From Gammaproteobacteria bacterium (GTDB lineage Bacteria > Pseudomonadota > Gammaproteobacteria > UBA4575), in NCBI GenBank assembly GCA_965222615.1, contig CBDCUI010000008.1, positions 320,001-384,000 on the forward strand: DNA of 64,000 nucleotides, in the 5' to 3' direction. Position numbers and translations under genes: made by a program. Shown here one piece after another: positions 33,621 to 45,705 of the stretch. The notes under the pieces are model-generated. The model did not search any database. It was not told where the DNA came from and worked only from the letters and a program-made list of their open reading frames with translations. How positions within the stretch are numbered: position 1 is the first letter of the stretch; each line of letters opens with the position of its first letter.

Positions 33621-35041
33621 TGATGACATTTAATATTGGACATTTCGCAACGCGTAGAATCAAACATGTGCATTTTGTTGGTATCGGAGGTTCAGGTATG
33701 GGCGGAATTGCCGAAGTCATGGTGAGCTTAGGCTATAAAGTCTATGGCTCCGATATACAAAAGAATGCAATGACAATGAGATTGGATCAGTTAGGTGCAA
33801 TTATCTACTTAGAACATGATGCGAAGAACATAGAAGGTGCAGATGTCGTTGTCATGTCGAGTGCAGTACAAGATGATAATCCTGAAATTAAAGCTGCACG
33901 TGAAAAGAGAATTCCAGTTGTGCCACGCGCAGAAATGTTGGCAGAGTTGATGCGTTTTCGTTATGGCATTGCCGTTGCTGGAACACATGGTAAGACGACC
34001 ACTACTAGCCTTATTGCCTCCATCCTTGCAACCGCCGAGCTTGATCCCACTTTTATTGTGGGGGGTCGTGTGAATAGTTTTGCAAGTCACTCCAAACTTG
34101 GTGCCGGGCAATACTTAGTCGCTGAGGCAGATGAAAGCGATGCATCGTTTTTACATTTACAACCCATTATGTCTGTTGTAACCAATATCGATTCCGATCA
34201 TCTTGCAACTTACGACGGCGACTTTGATAAATTACAAGATACCTTTTTGCAGTTCATACATAATCTTCCATTTTACGGCATGACAGTATTATGTATAGAA
34301 GATGAAACAATACGTAATTTGTTACCAAAAATTTCGCGTCCTTATCTAACCTATGGATGTACGCAGGACGCAGATTACAAAGTTACGGAAGTTGAAAGCG
34401 TAGGTATGAAAACAAAGTTTACGCTACAGTGTCCTGGTAAAAACTCTGCAATCAAATTTGAACTCAATTTACCTGGAATACACAATGTGTTAAATGCGGT
34501 AGCTGCTACCATAATTGCACTACAATTAGATATCAAACCTGGTTATATACAAACTGCACTGGAAAGTTTTCAAGGTATTGCACGAAGATTTCAAACTTAC
34601 CCGAAAATACGTATCAATGATAAACATATCCAATTAGTGGATGATTATGGTCATCATCCTACGGAGATGGTTGCCACCATGACCGCTGCAAGAGAGGCTT
34701 GGCCGGGCAAAAGATTAGTAGTGTTATTTCAACCACATCGATATACACGAACACGAGATTTATTCGACGACTTTGTACGTGTTTTAAATGAAGCCGACAC
34801 ACTCATGTTATGTGAAGTTTATGCAGCCAATGAAGAACCAATTCCTGGGGCAGATAGCCCCGCTTTAAGTCGTGCCTTACGTGCACGTGGTAAGTTGGAC
34901 CCAATATTGGTTAAAGATTTATCTGAAATACAAACAACACTTGAACATGTACTGCAAGATGACGATGTTTTATTGACTTTGGGGGCAGGAAGCATTGGTA
35001 ACATTGCAAACATACTGAGCGAGTCATTTATAGGCCATTAA
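33620..35041 (+). CDS. murC: UDP-MurNAc-L-alanine ligase
   Basis: HFVGIGGSGM, AGTHGKTTT, EADESD, DDYGHHP. Confidence 0.97.
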   Translation: MMTFNIGHFATRRIKHVHFVGIGGSGMGGIAEVMVSLGYKVYGSDIQKNAMTMRLDQLGAIIYLEHDAKNIEGADVVVMSSAVQDDNPEIKAAREKRIPVVPRAEMLAELMRFRYGIAVAGTHGKTTTTSLIASILATAELDPTFIVGGRVNSFASHSKLGAGQYLVAEADESDASFLHLQPIMSVVTNIDSDHLATYDGDFDKLQDTFLQFIHNLPFYGMTVLCIEDETIRNLLPKISRPYLTYGCTQDADYKVTEVESVGMKTKFTLQCPGKNSAIKFELNLPGIHNVLNAVAATIIALQLDIKPGYIQTALESFQGIARRFQTYPKIRINDKHIQLVDDYGHHPTEMVATMTAAREAWPGKRLVVLFQPHRYTRTRDLFDDFVRVLNEADTLMLCEVYAANEEPIPGADSPALSRALRARGKLDPILVKDLSEIQTTLEHVLQDDDVLLTLGAGSIGNIANILSESFIGH

Positions 35042-35044
35042 AAT

Positions 35045-35944
35045 ATGATCGCAGCACAAGATATCGCAATGCATCGAGGCACATTAGAGAAAAATGCCTC
35101 TTTGGCACGTTATACGAGTTGGAAAGTTGGGGGCACTGCAGATGTTTTGTATCAGCCAGCGGATTTAATGGATTTAAAAGAGTTTTTACTTTCTTTAGAT
35201 AAAGATGTGCCCATTACCTGGTTGGGGAATGGTACGAATGTGCTTGTGCGTGACGGTGGTGTACGTGGTGTAGTAATTATACTACGCGGAGGTCTAGATC
35301 AAATTGAATTAATTTCGCCAACCAAAATACGTGCTGAAGTTGGCGTGCCATGTGCGAAATTAGCGCGCTTTTGTGCTAATGCAGATTTAGTAGGTGCTGA
35401 ATTTCTTGCCGGTATTCCTGGTGTCGTCGGAGGTGCATTAGCCATGAATTCTGGCGCCTATGGTAGTGAAACATGGGATTTTGTCATCGATGTACAAACC
35501 ATAGACCGGGCTGGTAAATTGTCCATGCTCAAGCCAGAAGACTTACAAATAGGATACCGTAGTGTTGAGGGGTTAAATAATGAATGGTTTGTTGCAGCTC
35601 AGTTTGGGTTTTCGCAAGGCGATGGTCAACACGCGCGTGACAAAATCCGTGAATTATTAAATCAACGCAACGCATCACAACCGGTAGGCAATCAAAGCTG
35701 TGGCTCGGTATTTCGCAACCCAAAAAATGATCATGCTGCTAGATTAATTGATAGTTGTAACTTAAAAGGTACTACTATAGGTGGAGCACAAGTATCAACC
35801 AAGCATGCAAACTTTATTATTAATACAGGTGACGCTACTGCAAATGATATAGAAGAACTAATAAATAAAGTACGTGTAACGATAAAAAATAAGTGTGGTG
35901 TATCACTTATACCTGAAGTAAGGATTATTGGTGAGACAGCGTGA
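35045..35944 (+). CDS. murB: UDP-N-acetylenolpyruvoylglucosamine reductase
   Basis: GNGTNVLV, GIPGVVGG..MNSGAYG, GSVFRNP, HANFIIN, PEV. Confidence 0.95.
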   Translation: MIAAQDIAMHRGTLEKNASLARYTSWKVGGTADVLYQPADLMDLKEFLLSLDKDVPITWLGNGTNVLVRDGGVRGVVIILRGGLDQIELISPTKIRAEVGVPCAKLARFCANADLVGAEFLAGIPGVVGGALAMNSGAYGSETWDFVIDVQTIDRAGKLSMLKPEDLQIGYRSVEGLNNEWFVAAQFGFSQGDGQHARDKIRELLNQRNASQPVGNQSCGSVFRNPKNDHAARLIDSCNLKGTTIGGAQVSTKHANFIINTGDATANDIEELINKVRVTIKNKCGVSLIPEVRIIGETA

Positions 35945-36870
35945 TGCATAATCCACCATTTGGCAAAGTAGCAGTATTGATGGGAGGGCGATCTGCAGAG
36001 CGTGAAATCTCCCTGCGCAGTGGCACTGCAGTATTGCAAGCTTTGACTACAATGAAAATTGAAGCCGAGGCAATTGATGTGTCAGAAAATATTTTTGAAC
36101 GATTGCGTCAAGGCAATTACACTCGCGCCTTTATTGCGTTGCATGGGCCTCTTGGTGAAGATGGTTGTATCCAAGGAGGTTTGGAGGTAATCGGCTTGCC
36201 ATACAGCGGTAGTGGGGTGATGGCTTCAAGCATCTGTATGAATAAGTTAATGACCAAACAAATTTGGCAAGGTTGTAACATCCCCACCCCCAAGTATTGC
36301 ATTTTAAACGATGGTTTTGATCAAGATCTCTTGTTACAGGAATTGGGTTTGCCGATGATTTTTAAACCTGTATCACAAGGTTCCAGTGTTGGTATGACTA
36401 AAGTCAACTCTAAGCAAGAGATTGAGCAAGCGTGGCAACATGCACATGCATTTGAAGAAACTGTAATGGCTGAGCAGTGGATCACTGGTAAGGAATACAC
36501 GGTTGCTATTCTAGATGATCAAGCCCTGCCAATTATTCGTCTAGAAACACCAAGAACATTTTACGATTATGAAGCCAAATACGAGTCCAATGAAACCCAA
36601 TATCATTGCCCTTGTGGGTTGCCATCAACATTAGAACGCGAAATTCAGAACTTGGCCTTACAAGCCTTTAACGCAACGGCTGCAAAAGGTTGGGGGCGTG
36701 TCGATGTCATGCTCGATGATGAAAATAAGCCTTGGTTCCTGGAAATTAATACGGTTCCAGGTATGACGGATCATAGCTTGGTGCCAATGGCTGCAAAAGC
36801 TGTTGATATCGAATTTAATGAATTAGTAATTAAAATTTTAGAAACTTCGTTTACCGAGAAAGTTTTTTAA
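35941..36870 (+). CDS. ddl: D-alanine-D-alanine ligase
   Basis: GGRSAEREISL, ALHG..GEDG, GSSVG, YDYEAKY, EINTVPG. Confidence 0.96.
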   Translation: MMHNPPFGKVAVLMGGRSAEREISLRSGTAVLQALTTMKIEAEAIDVSENIFERLRQGNYTRAFIALHGPLGEDGCIQGGLEVIGLPYSGSGVMASSICMNKLMTKQIWQGCNIPTPKYCILNDGFDQDLLLQELGLPMIFKPVSQGSSVGMTKVNSKQEIEQAWQHAHAFEETVMAEQWITGKEYTVAILDDQALPIIRLETPRTFYDYEAKYESNETQYHCPCGLPSTLEREIQNLALQAFNATAAKGWGRVDVMLDDENKPWFLEINTVPGMTDHSLVPMAAKAVDIEFNELVIKILETSFTEKVF

Positions 36871-36871
36871 T

Positions 36872-37669
36872 GTGAAAAGAAAAAGATATAACAAACGCGC
36901 CAAAAAGAAACAAACACAGGTGCAATTTGCCTGGCGTGATGTCTGTGACATGATGGTGATTGTTTTATTATTAAGTGTGATTGTTTATTTCTCACACTAT
37001 ATGCGAAATAATCATCTAAACATACCTGTCTGGCCGCAAATTAAAACTGTGCAGGTTAGCGGAGTTCTGCATGTAACGGATCGAGTTACTTTTGAAAACA
37101 TTATACAAAAGCACACTGCAGGTGGTTTTTTTCATGTGCAAATGGGTTTATTAGAGGAAGAGTTAACAGGTTTGCCTTGGGTTTATCGTGCTTCGGTACA
37201 AAGATTATGGCCCAACACCTTAGCAGTAAAGGTCATTGAACAACATCCGATTGCAAGATGGGGAGATTCTGGGCTAATGAACGCGTACGGAGAAGTCTTT
37301 TTTCCATCCACAACGGAACCCTATGCATCCTTTCCAATGTTGTTTGGTGAAGAAATTAGGTCCAAAGATTTAGCAACCGTATTTGAGAATAGCCTAAAGC
37401 AATTGCAACCTTTAGGGCTGCAATTACGAGGTTTATTTGAAGATGAGCGCCAATCTAAACATCTTGTATTATCAAATGGATTGGTGTTGGCAATTGGTGA
37501 CGGAAATGTCGTAAAAAAAATTGCACGGTTCATTACAGCATACCAACAATATTTATCTCCTTATTTATCTGAGGTCGAAAAAATCGATCTACGTTATACC
37601 AATGGGTTGGCAGTAGAGTGGAAAAATCCACAATTAGCAAACAACATCGAACTGGAACGTAAGTTATGA
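36872..37669 (+). CDS. ftsQ: Cell division protein FtsQ
   Basis: TM + POTRA (LPWV..WP), DLRYTNGLAV. Confidence 0.92.
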   Translation: MKRKRYNKRAKKKQTQVQFAWRDVCDMMVIVLLLSVIVYFSHYMRNNHLNIPVWPQIKTVQVSGVLHVTDRVTFENIIQKHTAGGFFHVQMGLLEEELTGLPWVYRASVQRLWPNTLAVKVIEQHPIARWGDSGLMNAYGEVFFPSTTEPYASFPMLFGEEIRSKDLATVFENSLKQLQPLGLQLRGLFEDERQSKHLVLSNGLVLAIGDGNVVKKIARFITAYQQYLSPYLSEVEKIDLRYTNGLAVEWKNPQLANNIELERKL

Positions 37670-38901
37670 GCCGCAAAATGGAAAAAGGAATGATGGTAGG
37701 TTTAGATATTGGTACTTCTAAAGTTACTGCCATTGTTGGTGAAGTGAATGAAGATAATCAGATAGAGATTGTCGGTATTGGAACGCAATTATCACGCGGT
37801 TTAAAAAAAGGGGTTGTGGTTAATATCGAATCGACGGTTCAATCTATTCAGCGTGCCATAGAAGAAGCCGAGCTTATGGCCGGTTGCCAAATTCATTCCG
37901 TATACGCCGGCATTGCGGGAAGTCATATACGTAGCATGAATTCACATGGCATTGTGGCAATTAAAGATCGAGAAGTATCAAACGGAGATGTAGAACGTGT
38001 GATCGATGCCGCCAGAGCGGTAGCGATACCTGCTGATCAAAGGGTATTGCATGTAATGCCACAAGAATTTGTGATTGATCAGCAAGAAGGCATTCGCGAA
38101 CCAATTGGCATGTCGGGAGTGCGTCTTGAAGCAAAAGTGCATCTAGTGACCGGTGCCATGAGTGCAGCGCAAAATATTATTAAATGTGTGCGTCGTTGTG
38201 GTTTGGAAGTGGACGATATTATTTTGGAGCAACTTGCGTCGAGCCATTCTGTTTTAACGGAAGATGAAAAAGAGTTAGGCATATGTTTGGTAGACATCGG
38301 GGGCGGAACCACTGATGTTGCAGTGTTCACAGATGGCGCGATAAAACATACCGCCGTTATTCCAATTGCTGGTGATCAAGTCACCAATGATATTGCCGTT
38401 GCGATGCGCACGCCCACCCAATATGCCGAAGAAATTAAAATTAAATATGCCTGCGCATTGCGGCAACTCGCCAATCCAGATGACACCATTGAAGTTCCAA
38501 GTGTAGGGGATCGGGAACCACGCAGATTATCACGTCAAACCTTAGCGGAAGTGGTAGAGCCGCGTTATGAAGAATTGTTATCCCTGGTACACGCAGAATT
38601 GCGTCGTAGTGGCTTTGAAGATTTAGTGGCAGCAGGTGTGGTGTTAACCGGTGGTAGTTCCAAAATGGAAGGTGTTGTGGATTTAGCAGAAGAGGTGTTT
38701 CACATGCCAGTACGTTTAGGAATGCCGCAATATGTAACCGGCTTAATCGATGTGGTGCGTAATCCAATTCATGCAACAGGAGTTGGGTTGCTTTTATTTG
38801 GACATCAAAATCAACAGTTGAATGAAAGTTCTATTTTTAACGAATCAAATATGGGGGGCGTGTTTAACAGAATGAAGAGTTGGTTTCAGGGGAGTTTTTG
38901 A
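37666..38901 (+). CDS. ftsA: Cell division protein FtsA
   Basis: GLDIGTSK, DIGGGTTD, C-terminal amphipathic MKSWFQGSF. Confidence 0.97.
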   Translation: MSRKMEKGMMVGLDIGTSKVTAIVGEVNEDNQIEIVGIGTQLSRGLKKGVVVNIESTVQSIQRAIEEAELMAGCQIHSVYAGIAGSHIRSMNSHGIVAIKDREVSNGDVERVIDAARAVAIPADQRVLHVMPQEFVIDQQEGIREPIGMSGVRLEAKVHLVTGAMSAAQNIIKCVRRCGLEVDDIILEQLASSHSVLTEDEKELGICLVDIGGGTTDVAVFTDGAIKHTAVIPIAGDQVTNDIAVAMRTPTQYAEEIKIKYACALRQLANPDDTIEVPSVGDREPRRLSRQTLAEVVEPRYEELLSLVHAELRRSGFEDLVAAGVVLTGGSSKMEGVVDLAEEVFHMPVRLGMPQYVTGLIDVVRNPIHATGVGLLLFGHQNQQLNESSIFNESNMGGVFNRMKSWFQGSF

Positions 38902-38949
38902 TAACTCATTTATTTATATATAATGTGTTTTAACTAGAGGAGGAAGGTC

Positions 38950-40110
38950 ATGTTTGAATTAATGGATGCATACAGCCAAAGCGCTGTAATTAAGGTTATT
39001 GGTGTTGGTGGTGGTGGCGGAAACGCTGTGCAACATATGGTCAACTCATCCATAGAAGGGGTTGACTTTGTGTGTGCCAATACAGATTCACAGGCGCTTA
39101 AAAACACCAACGCAAAAACAGTCTTACAATTAGGCAGCGATATCACTAAGGGGCTAGGAGCAGGTTCGAATCCGGTAGTGGGGCGTGAAGCCGCATTAGA
39201 AGATCGTGATCGTATTCATGATGTTATTGCCGGTGCCGATATGTTGTTTATTACTGCTGGCATGGGGGGTGGTACTGGAACGGGTGCGGCACCGATTGTT
39301 GCAGAAGTTGCTAAGGAGCTTGGTATTTTAACCGTTGCTGTGGTTACCAAACCATTTCCATTTGAAGGTAACAAACGTATGCAAATTGCCAATACTGGTA
39401 TTGAAGAGTTGGCAAAGCATGTAGATTCTTTAATTACAATTCCTAATGAAAAATTGCTCACTGTTTTAGGTAAAGAAACTAATTTATTGGATGCATTTAA
39501 ATCCGCAAATGACGTACTACATGGGGCGGTGCAAGGAATTGCTGAACTGATTACATGCCCTGGTCTTATAAATGTTGATTTTGCTGATGTGCGTACCGTG
39601 ATGTCTGAAATGGGCATGGCGATGATGGGATCCGGAGTCTCAGTGGGTACAGAGCGTGCCAGAGAATCTGCAGAAGCGGCGATTTCCAGTCCATTACTGG
39701 AAGATGTGAATATTGCCGGTGCTAAAGGCATTCTTGTCAACGTAACGGCAAATTCCAGTCTGTCTATCGGCGAATTTGAAGAAGTAGGTAATCACATCAA
39801 AGGCTTGGCCTCAGATGATGCTACCGTAGTGGTAGGAACAGTAATCGATGAATCGATGGGAGATAATCTTCGTGTCACCTTGGTGGCTACTGGGATTGGT
39901 TCACAGGCGCTGTCTATGCCGGTGAAACCCACAGTTAAGCTGGTAGAGACCCCGATTGTTGATCCTGACGTAACTGAGGAGGAACCAGAGCATATAGAAC
40001 GGGCGGTGGCGATTCGTACGGAAAATCGGGCAAAAGTCGTAGAAAAAGAAGATGACTACGATTTGGATTACTTAGATATTCCGGCGTTTTTGCGTAGACA
40101 AGCCGATTAA
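38950..40110 (+). CDS. ftsZ: Cell division protein FtsZ
   Basis: GGGGGNAV, GMGGGTGTG, INVDFAD, DIPAFLRRQAD. Confidence 0.99.
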   Translation: MFELMDAYSQSAVIKVIGVGGGGGNAVQHMVNSSIEGVDFVCANTDSQALKNTNAKTVLQLGSDITKGLGAGSNPVVGREAALEDRDRIHDVIAGADMLFITAGMGGGTGTGAAPIVAEVAKELGILTVAVVTKPFPFEGNKRMQIANTGIEELAKHVDSLITIPNEKLLTVLGKETNLLDAFKSANDVLHGAVQGIAELITCPGLINVDFADVRTVMSEMGMAMMGSGVSVGTERARESAEAAISSPLLEDVNIAGAKGILVNVTANSSLSIGEFEEVGNHIKGLASDDATVVVGTVIDESMGDNLRVTLVATGIGSQALSMPVKPTVKLVETPIVDPDVTEEEPEHIERAVAIRTENRAKVVEKEDDYDLDYLDIPAFLRRQAD

Positions 40111-40122
40111 TCGGAACCATTT

Positions 40123-40152
40123 TCGCTATGAGGGCTCAAAACCTCATAGCGA
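40123..40152 (+). terminator. Stem-loop after ftsZ (terminator or stability hairpin)
   Basis: Perfect 11-bp stem tcgctatgagg / cctcatagcga; no clear U-tract. Confidence 0.5.
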
Positions 40153-40277
40153 CGATATTGTAGAAATTGTGTAATAATGTCGCCCACTAAATGTATGGCG
40201 TCTGCTTGTTGGCAATTTATGGCGCTGCGTGAGGAACAACAGCCTAATTGCTTGAGATCGATGGGACATAACGATCC

Positions 40278-41198
40278 GTGATAAAACAGAGAACATTAAA
40301 GAACGTTATACGCGCTACAGGTGTAGGTCTGCATACGGGAGAAAAGGTATACCTGACCTTACGGCCGGCACCTGTGGATATTGGGGTGATCTTTAGACGT
40401 ATCGACCTAGATCCACCTGTCGAAATCAAAGCCAGTCCAGATAATGTTGGGGATACACGCTTATCCACTACATTGGTATCGGATGGCGTAAGGATTTCTA
40501 CGGTTGAGCATTTATTGTCGGCCATAGCGGGCCTAGGTATCGATAATGCCTATGTCGATGTTAGTGCACCTGAGGTGCCGATCATGGATGGCAGTGCAGG
40601 TCCATTTGTATTTCTAGTCCAGTCGGCAGGCATTGTTGAACAAAATGCACCAAAAAAATTTATTCGCATCAAGAAATCTGTAGAAATTAAAGAAGATGGC
40701 AAGTGGGCCAGGTTTGATCCATTTGATGGGTTCAAAGTAGGTTTTACTATCGACTTTGACCATCCAGTATTTAAAGCTGGGCCGCAAAAAGCCGAAGTAG
40801 ACTTTTCAACTACTTCATTTGTAAAAGAAGTTTCACGCTCACGCACATTTGGTTTTATGCGTGATTTTGAAACCTTACGTTCGCGTAATTTGGCTTTGGG
40901 CGGAAGTCTGGATAATTCAATAGCGGTGGATGATCACCGTATATTAAATGAAGATGGTCTGCGCTATGAAGATGAGTTTGTTAAACATAAAATTTTGGAT
41001 GCGATCGGGGATTTATATTTATTAGGTCATAGTTTGATCGGTGCATTTAGCGGTTATAAGTCCGGTCATGCATTGAATAATAAGTTGCTGCGTAAGTTGG
41101 TTGCTGAGACTGAGGCTTGGGAAGAGGCTACCTTTGAAGATAACGAAGAGGCAGTGCCCATTGTTTATAGTCGTCCGATAAGTGCCGGGGTTCAATAA
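40278..41198 (+). CDS. lpxC: UDP-3-O-acyl-GlcNAc deacetylase
   Basis: [26 protein letters not shown]. Confidence 0.98.
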   Translation: MIKQRTLKNVIRATGVGLHTGEKVYLTLRPAPVDIGVIFRRIDLDPPVEIKASPDNVGDTRLSTTLVSDGVRISTVEHLLSAIAGLGIDNAYVDVSAPEVPIMDGSAGPFVFLVQSAGIVEQNAPKKFIRIKKSVEIKEDGKWARFDPFDGFKVGFTIDFDHPVFKAGPQKAEVDFSTTSFVKEVSRSRTFGFMRDFETLRSRNLALGGSLDNSIAVDDHRILNEDGLRYEDEFVKHKILDAIGDLYLLGHSLIGAFSGYKSGHALNNKLLRKLVAETEAWEEATFEDNEEAVPIVYSRPISAGVQ

Positions 41199-41224
41199 AC
41201 AAAAATCTCGACTAGTTGGTATTG

Positions 41225-41650
41225 TCAACCATTTTCATAATGTTTTGCCAGCTTAGCTAGGGCTTTTTGTAAGTCCTTGTCTTTAATGGTATTTGCACAT
41301 TCATTGAGGTATCGTGCACTGGACTTAGATAAGGCTATGGGCTTAGTCGGAGGTTCTATGCCGCTGGCAACAATGTCGATTCTAATCTTTATTCGATTCA
41401 GGTATTCCTTTACAGTTAGGCTTAGTTCTTGATTCAACTGCTTCAGAATTTCACGTTGTTGAAACCGAATCAGACTAGCTCGATTAGGGTCATTTGTGAC
41501 GATTGTAAGAGTACGGTCTTGGATGCTCGCTACCCAACAATGACAGGCCAACTCTGGAGACAAATGCATCCTTAAACTTAAAGTAAGTCTGTGCAGAAAT
41601 TTAGCTTTATTCTGCAAGTCGGTACTAATATATGAAGATAATTTTTGCAC
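41225..41650 (-). CDS. dciA: DciA/DUF721 replicative helicase loader family protein
   Basis: Conserved antisense position between lpxC and the M23 gene; LACHCWVA, IRFQQREIL, C-terminal LQKALAKLA helix. Confidence 0.75.
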   Translation of the reverse strand: MQKLSSYISTDLQNKAKFLHRLTLSLRMHLSPELACHCWVASIQDRTLTIVTNDPNRASLIRFQQREILKQLNQELSLTVKEYLNRIKIRIDIVASGIEPPTKPIALSKSSARYLNECANTIKDKDLQKALAKLAKHYENG

Positions 41651-41735
41651 AAGAACTAAGTATTTTGCGAAATGGAATTCAAACTATGATTTTAAACGTA
41701 AAAATACGATAATTAATAAAAATAAAGAATAAAGT

Positions 41736-42644
41736 ATGAACATTATCATTTTTCCTCGTCCACGCACACGTTTTACCTATGTAAAGTATCTACATGGTTG
41801 GAATAAGTTAGGCATATTTTTGGCATTAGTTGCGTTATCCGCTGTTTTGGTTAGTGGTGGGTACCTGCTTGGTTTGTCATTTGGGCACAAAGCAATTTTG
41901 GGGGAATGGAAGTCTGACGTTATAGAGCAGAAAGAACACCTTAACTTGGCCAAACAAGAAAGCCAAACACAAATAGATGCTCTAACGACTAAAGTTGGTT
42001 TATTGCAAGCTCATGTGAATCGAATTGATGCATTAGGCAATAGGTTAGTCAATATGGCTAATCTTGATGCAGATGAATTTAGTTTTGATTCAACACCTGG
42101 TTTAGGTGGTCCAAATGCATTTGATGAGAATACAAATCAAGTTGATTTAGAAATTGATGCGGTATTGGGTAGAATTAATGCTGAGCTAGAAGAACGTGAG
42201 CATCAGTTACAGGTATTAAACGATTTGTTGATCGACCAAAAACTAGAACAAGAAACCTATCCACAAGGGCGTCCTATTATACATGGCTGGATTTCATCCT
42301 ATTTTGGCAAACGCCGTAGTCCTTTCACGGGCAAGTCTGAAATGCATCGAGGTGTTGATTTTGCAGGTAAGTCCGGAAGTGATGTGGTTGCCGTAGCTGG
42401 GGGCATTGTTACACAGGCTGCCAAACATGGTGCCTATGGCTATCTTGTGGAAATCGATCACGGCAATGGGTATATAACCCGCTATGGACACAATCAGTTT
42501 CTTCTGGTGCAGGCAGGAGAGGCCATTAAGCGCGGTCAGGTAATTGCTAAGCTGGGCAGTACCGGTCGCTCAACGGGCCCGCATGTTCATTTTGAGGTGC
42601 TCAAAGACGGGGCTCGTATCGATCCTATGAAGTTTGTTCAGTAG
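41736..42644 (+). CDS. M23 family metallopeptidase
   Basis: TM + coiled coil + HRGVD, YGH, GRSTGPHVHFE. Confidence 0.93.
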   Translation: MNIIIFPRPRTRFTYVKYLHGWNKLGIFLALVALSAVLVSGGYLLGLSFGHKAILGEWKSDVIEQKEHLNLAKQESQTQIDALTTKVGLLQAHVNRIDALGNRLVNMANLDADEFSFDSTPGLGGPNAFDENTNQVDLEIDAVLGRINAELEEREHQLQVLNDLLIDQKLEQETYPQGRPIIHGWISSYFGKRRSPFTGKSEMHRGVDFAGKSGSDVVAVAGGIVTQAAKHGAYGYLVEIDHGNGYITRYGHNQFLLVQAGEAIKRGQVIAKLGSTGRSTGPHVHFEVLKDGARIDPMKFVQ

Positions 42645-42916
42645 CCCACATATTGCATCTGATCCTGGCCAATAAACTTAAAGAGCTCTTATGCAATGTG
42701 CGCATTGCAGAGCCTATTAAATCCAGTTAGTCTTAGTTCGTTCTCGCTAATTGCATGAGACAGCCCATAAAATATATTGGCTAGTATAGGTCTTGTTGCC
42801 AAGTTGTTTTTACGTGTTTACCAGTAATTTTGCCTTTTATTAAATAATTTCGTTCGCTATACCAGCATTCAATACCGTTGCACTTTCAAGCTTCATTTTG
42901 GTCCAAACATTAGCCT

Positions 42917-45637
42917 ATGTTTCAGAAAATCTCTAAAAAAGTCTTTGGTAGTCGTAACCAACGATTACTTAGTCGTTACAACAAGACCGTTGACAAAATC
43001 AATGCACTTGAAGACTCGTATAAAACACTAAGCGATACTGAGCTCAAACAAAAAACTTCTGAATTTCGCCAGCAAATTGAAAATGGTGCAGCGTTAGAAG
43101 ATTTGTTGCCAGATGCCTTTGCAGCTGTACGCGAAGCTAGTACACGTACTTTAGGTATGCGTCATTTTGATGTGCAGCTTATTGGAGGCATGGTGTTGCA
43201 CGATGGAAAAATTGCCGAGATGCGTACCGGTGAAGGTAAAACCTTGGTGGCAACACTACCCGTGTACCTCAATGCCTTAAGTGGACGCGGTGCACATGTG
43301 GTAACGGTTAATGATTATCTTGCACAACGTGATTCGGAATGGATGGGTCAAATTTATCATTTTCTAGGTATGAAAGTTGGGGTGGTAACCGGAGGAATGC
43401 AGCATGCACAGCGTCAAGAAGCCTATGCCGCGGATATCACTTACGGGACGAATAATGAGTTCGGATTCGATTACTTGCGTGACAATATGGAGTTTTTTGC
43501 CGAAGGTTGTGTACAGCGTGATTTAAACTTTGCTGTTGTGGATGAAGTCGATTCTATTTTAATCGATGAAGCTCGTACGCCTTTGATCATATCAGGTCCA
43601 ACCGGAGAAAACTCTGAGTTGTACAAAGCGATAAATGGCTTAGTGCCAAAACTTGAAAGGCAAGAAGAGGAAGACGGTCCTGGCGACTACAGTGTTGATG
43701 AAAAAAGTAAACAAGTATTTCTCACCGAAGATGGTCATCAACATATCGAAGAGTTACTTGCTAGTCAAAAGTTACTTAGTGAAGGTGAAACGCTTTACGA
43801 CGTAGCCAATATTAATTTACTACATCATGTAAGTGCTGCGCTGCGAGCCAACGTATTATTCCAAAAAAACGTCGATTACATTGTGCGAGATGGACAAGTA
43901 ATTATTGTTGATGAATTCACGGGTCGTACTATGCCTGGGCGGCGCTGGTCGGATGGTTTGCATCAAGCAGTGGAGGCTAAGGAAGGAGTTAAAATTCAAA
44001 ACGAAAACCAGACTTTAGCCTCGATTACTTTTCAAAATTATTTTCGTCTGTATGACAAGTTATCTGGAATGACGGGCACAGCCGATACCGAGGCATTTGA
44101 GTTTCAATCTATCTACGGTTTAGAGGTCGTAGTAATCCCTACACATAAACCAATGATACGAGATGACATGGGGGATCTCGTGTATCTAACTCTGCAGGAA
44201 AAATATGATGCCATCATTACGGATATCAAAGACTGTGTGCAACGTGGACAACCGGTCTTGGTGGGTACTACATCGATCGAATCGTCAGAGCTCATTTCCA
44301 AGGTCTTGGAGAAATCAAAAATTAAGCACCAAGTGCTGAATGCGAAACAACACGAAAAAGAGTCACACATTATTGCTCAGGCCGGTCGATCAGGCACGGT
44401 GACTATAGCCACGAATATGGCAGGGCGAGGCACAGATATAGTGCTCGGCGGCAGTCTAGAAGCGGAATTACAGAATCTATCTGAGGAAGTTAAAGAAGAA
44501 GAGAAACCAAAAATTAAAAGCGAATGGCAGAAGCGTCATGATGGAGTCATAGATTCGGGTGGTTTGCATATTATCGGCACAGAGAGGCATGAATCGCGTC
44601 GTATCGATAATCAGTTGCGTGGACGTTCAGGGCGTCAGGGTGACCCAGGATCCAGTCGTTTTTATTTGTCTATGGAAGACAATTTAATGCGAATTTTTGC
44701 TTCCGATAAGGTGCGTGGCTTGATGCAGAAGCTAGGTATGCAGCAGGGCGAGTCGATCGAACATCCATGGGTGTCTAAGGCCATTGAAAACGCACAACGC
44801 AAAGTGGAAGCGCATAACTTCGATATTCGTAAACACTTGCTGGAATACGATGATGTGGCCAATGACCAACGTAAAGTCGTGTATGAACAACGTAGAGATT
44901 TAATGCAATCAGAAGACATTTCTGAAAACCTAATCGCGATCCGAGAAGATGTAACCGATACCATGATTAGTGACTTCATGCCACCAGGAAGCATGGAAGA
45001 GCAATGGGATGTCGAAGGACTTTCACAGATGCTTGAAAATGAATTGGGTTTGGATTTGCCTGTACAACAGTGGTTGGATGAAGACGAAAGCGTTGCCGAA
45101 GAAGAAGTGCGTGAAAAAATACATCAACGCGTTGCCAAATTATTTAAAGAAAAAGAAGATCGAGTAGGGGCAGAAATCATGCGCCGACTTGAAAAAGATA
45201 TCATGCTTAAAGTCTTGGATAATCGTTGGAAAGAACATTTGGCTGCAATGGATTATCTAAGGCAAGGTATTGGTTTGCGCGGTTATGCGCAAAAGAATCC
45301 GAAGCAGGAGTATAAAAGAGAAGCCTTTAATATGTTTCAGCAAATGTTAGAACAAATCAAACATGAAGCGGTATCTTTAATTGCCAGAGCAGAACTACCA
45401 ACGCTAGAAGAAATTAAGGCGATGGAGGCCGCTCAACAAGTACCTGAGAATATAGAGTTTCAACATGCACAAGCTGATGACGTGTTGCATCCACAGGAAC
45501 AAGCCCAAGCTCCGGTTCCTGAAGATCAACCCAAACAACAACCCTTTAAACGTGCCCAGAAAAAATTGGGTCGTAATGATCCGTGTCATTGTGGGTCGGG
45601 GAAGAAGTTTAAACATTGCCATGGAAAGTTATCTTAA
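42917..45637 (+). CDS. secA: Preprotein translocase SecA
   Basis: [43 protein letters not shown]. Confidence 0.99.
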   Translation: MFQKISKKVFGSRNQRLLSRYNKTVDKINALEDSYKTLSDTELKQKTSEFRQQIENGAALEDLLPDAFAAVREASTRTLGMRHFDVQLIGGMVLHDGKIAEMRTGEGKTLVATLPVYLNALSGRGAHVVTVNDYLAQRDSEWMGQIYHFLGMKVGVVTGGMQHAQRQEAYAADITYGTNNEFGFDYLRDNMEFFAEGCVQRDLNFAVVDEVDSILIDEARTPLIISGPTGENSELYKAINGLVPKLERQEEEDGPGDYSVDEKSKQVFLTEDGHQHIEELLASQKLLSEGETLYDVANINLLHHVSAALRANVLFQKNVDYIVRDGQVIIVDEFTGRTMPGRRWSDGLHQAVEAKEGVKIQNENQTLASITFQNYFRLYDKLSGMTGTADTEAFEFQSIYGLEVVVIPTHKPMIRDDMGDLVYLTLQEKYDAIITDIKDCVQRGQPVLVGTTSIESSELISKVLEKSKIKHQVLNAKQHEKESHIIAQAGRSGTVTIATNMAGRGTDIVLGGSLEAELQNLSEEVKEEEKPKIKSEWQKRHDGVIDSGGLHIIGTERHESRRIDNQLRGRSGRQGDPGSSRFYLSMEDNLMRIFASDKVRGLMQKLGMQQGESIEHPWVSKAIENAQRKVEAHNFDIRKHLLEYDDVANDQRKVVYEQRRDLMQSEDISENLIAIREDVTDTMISDFMPPGSMEEQWDVEGLSQMLENELGLDLPVQQWLDEDESVAEEEVREKIHQRVAKLFKEKEDRVGAEIMRRLEKDIMLKVLDNRWKEHLAAMDYLRQGIGLRGYAQKNPKQEYKREAFNMFQQMLEQIKHEAVSLIARAELPTLEEIKAMEAAQQVPENIEFQHAQADDVLHPQEQAQAPVPEDQPKQQPFKRAQKKLGRNDPCHCGSGKKFKHCHGKLS

Positions 45638-45705
45638 GTGTAGAAGATAAAAGTAAATCAAACCGACGGAATCAGGATGAGTAAAGACAATCAACCATGA
45701 TAATA

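Noticed and set aside
35045-35944. murB inside the dcw cluster
   Set aside because: Differs from E. coli but is common in other Proteobacteria.
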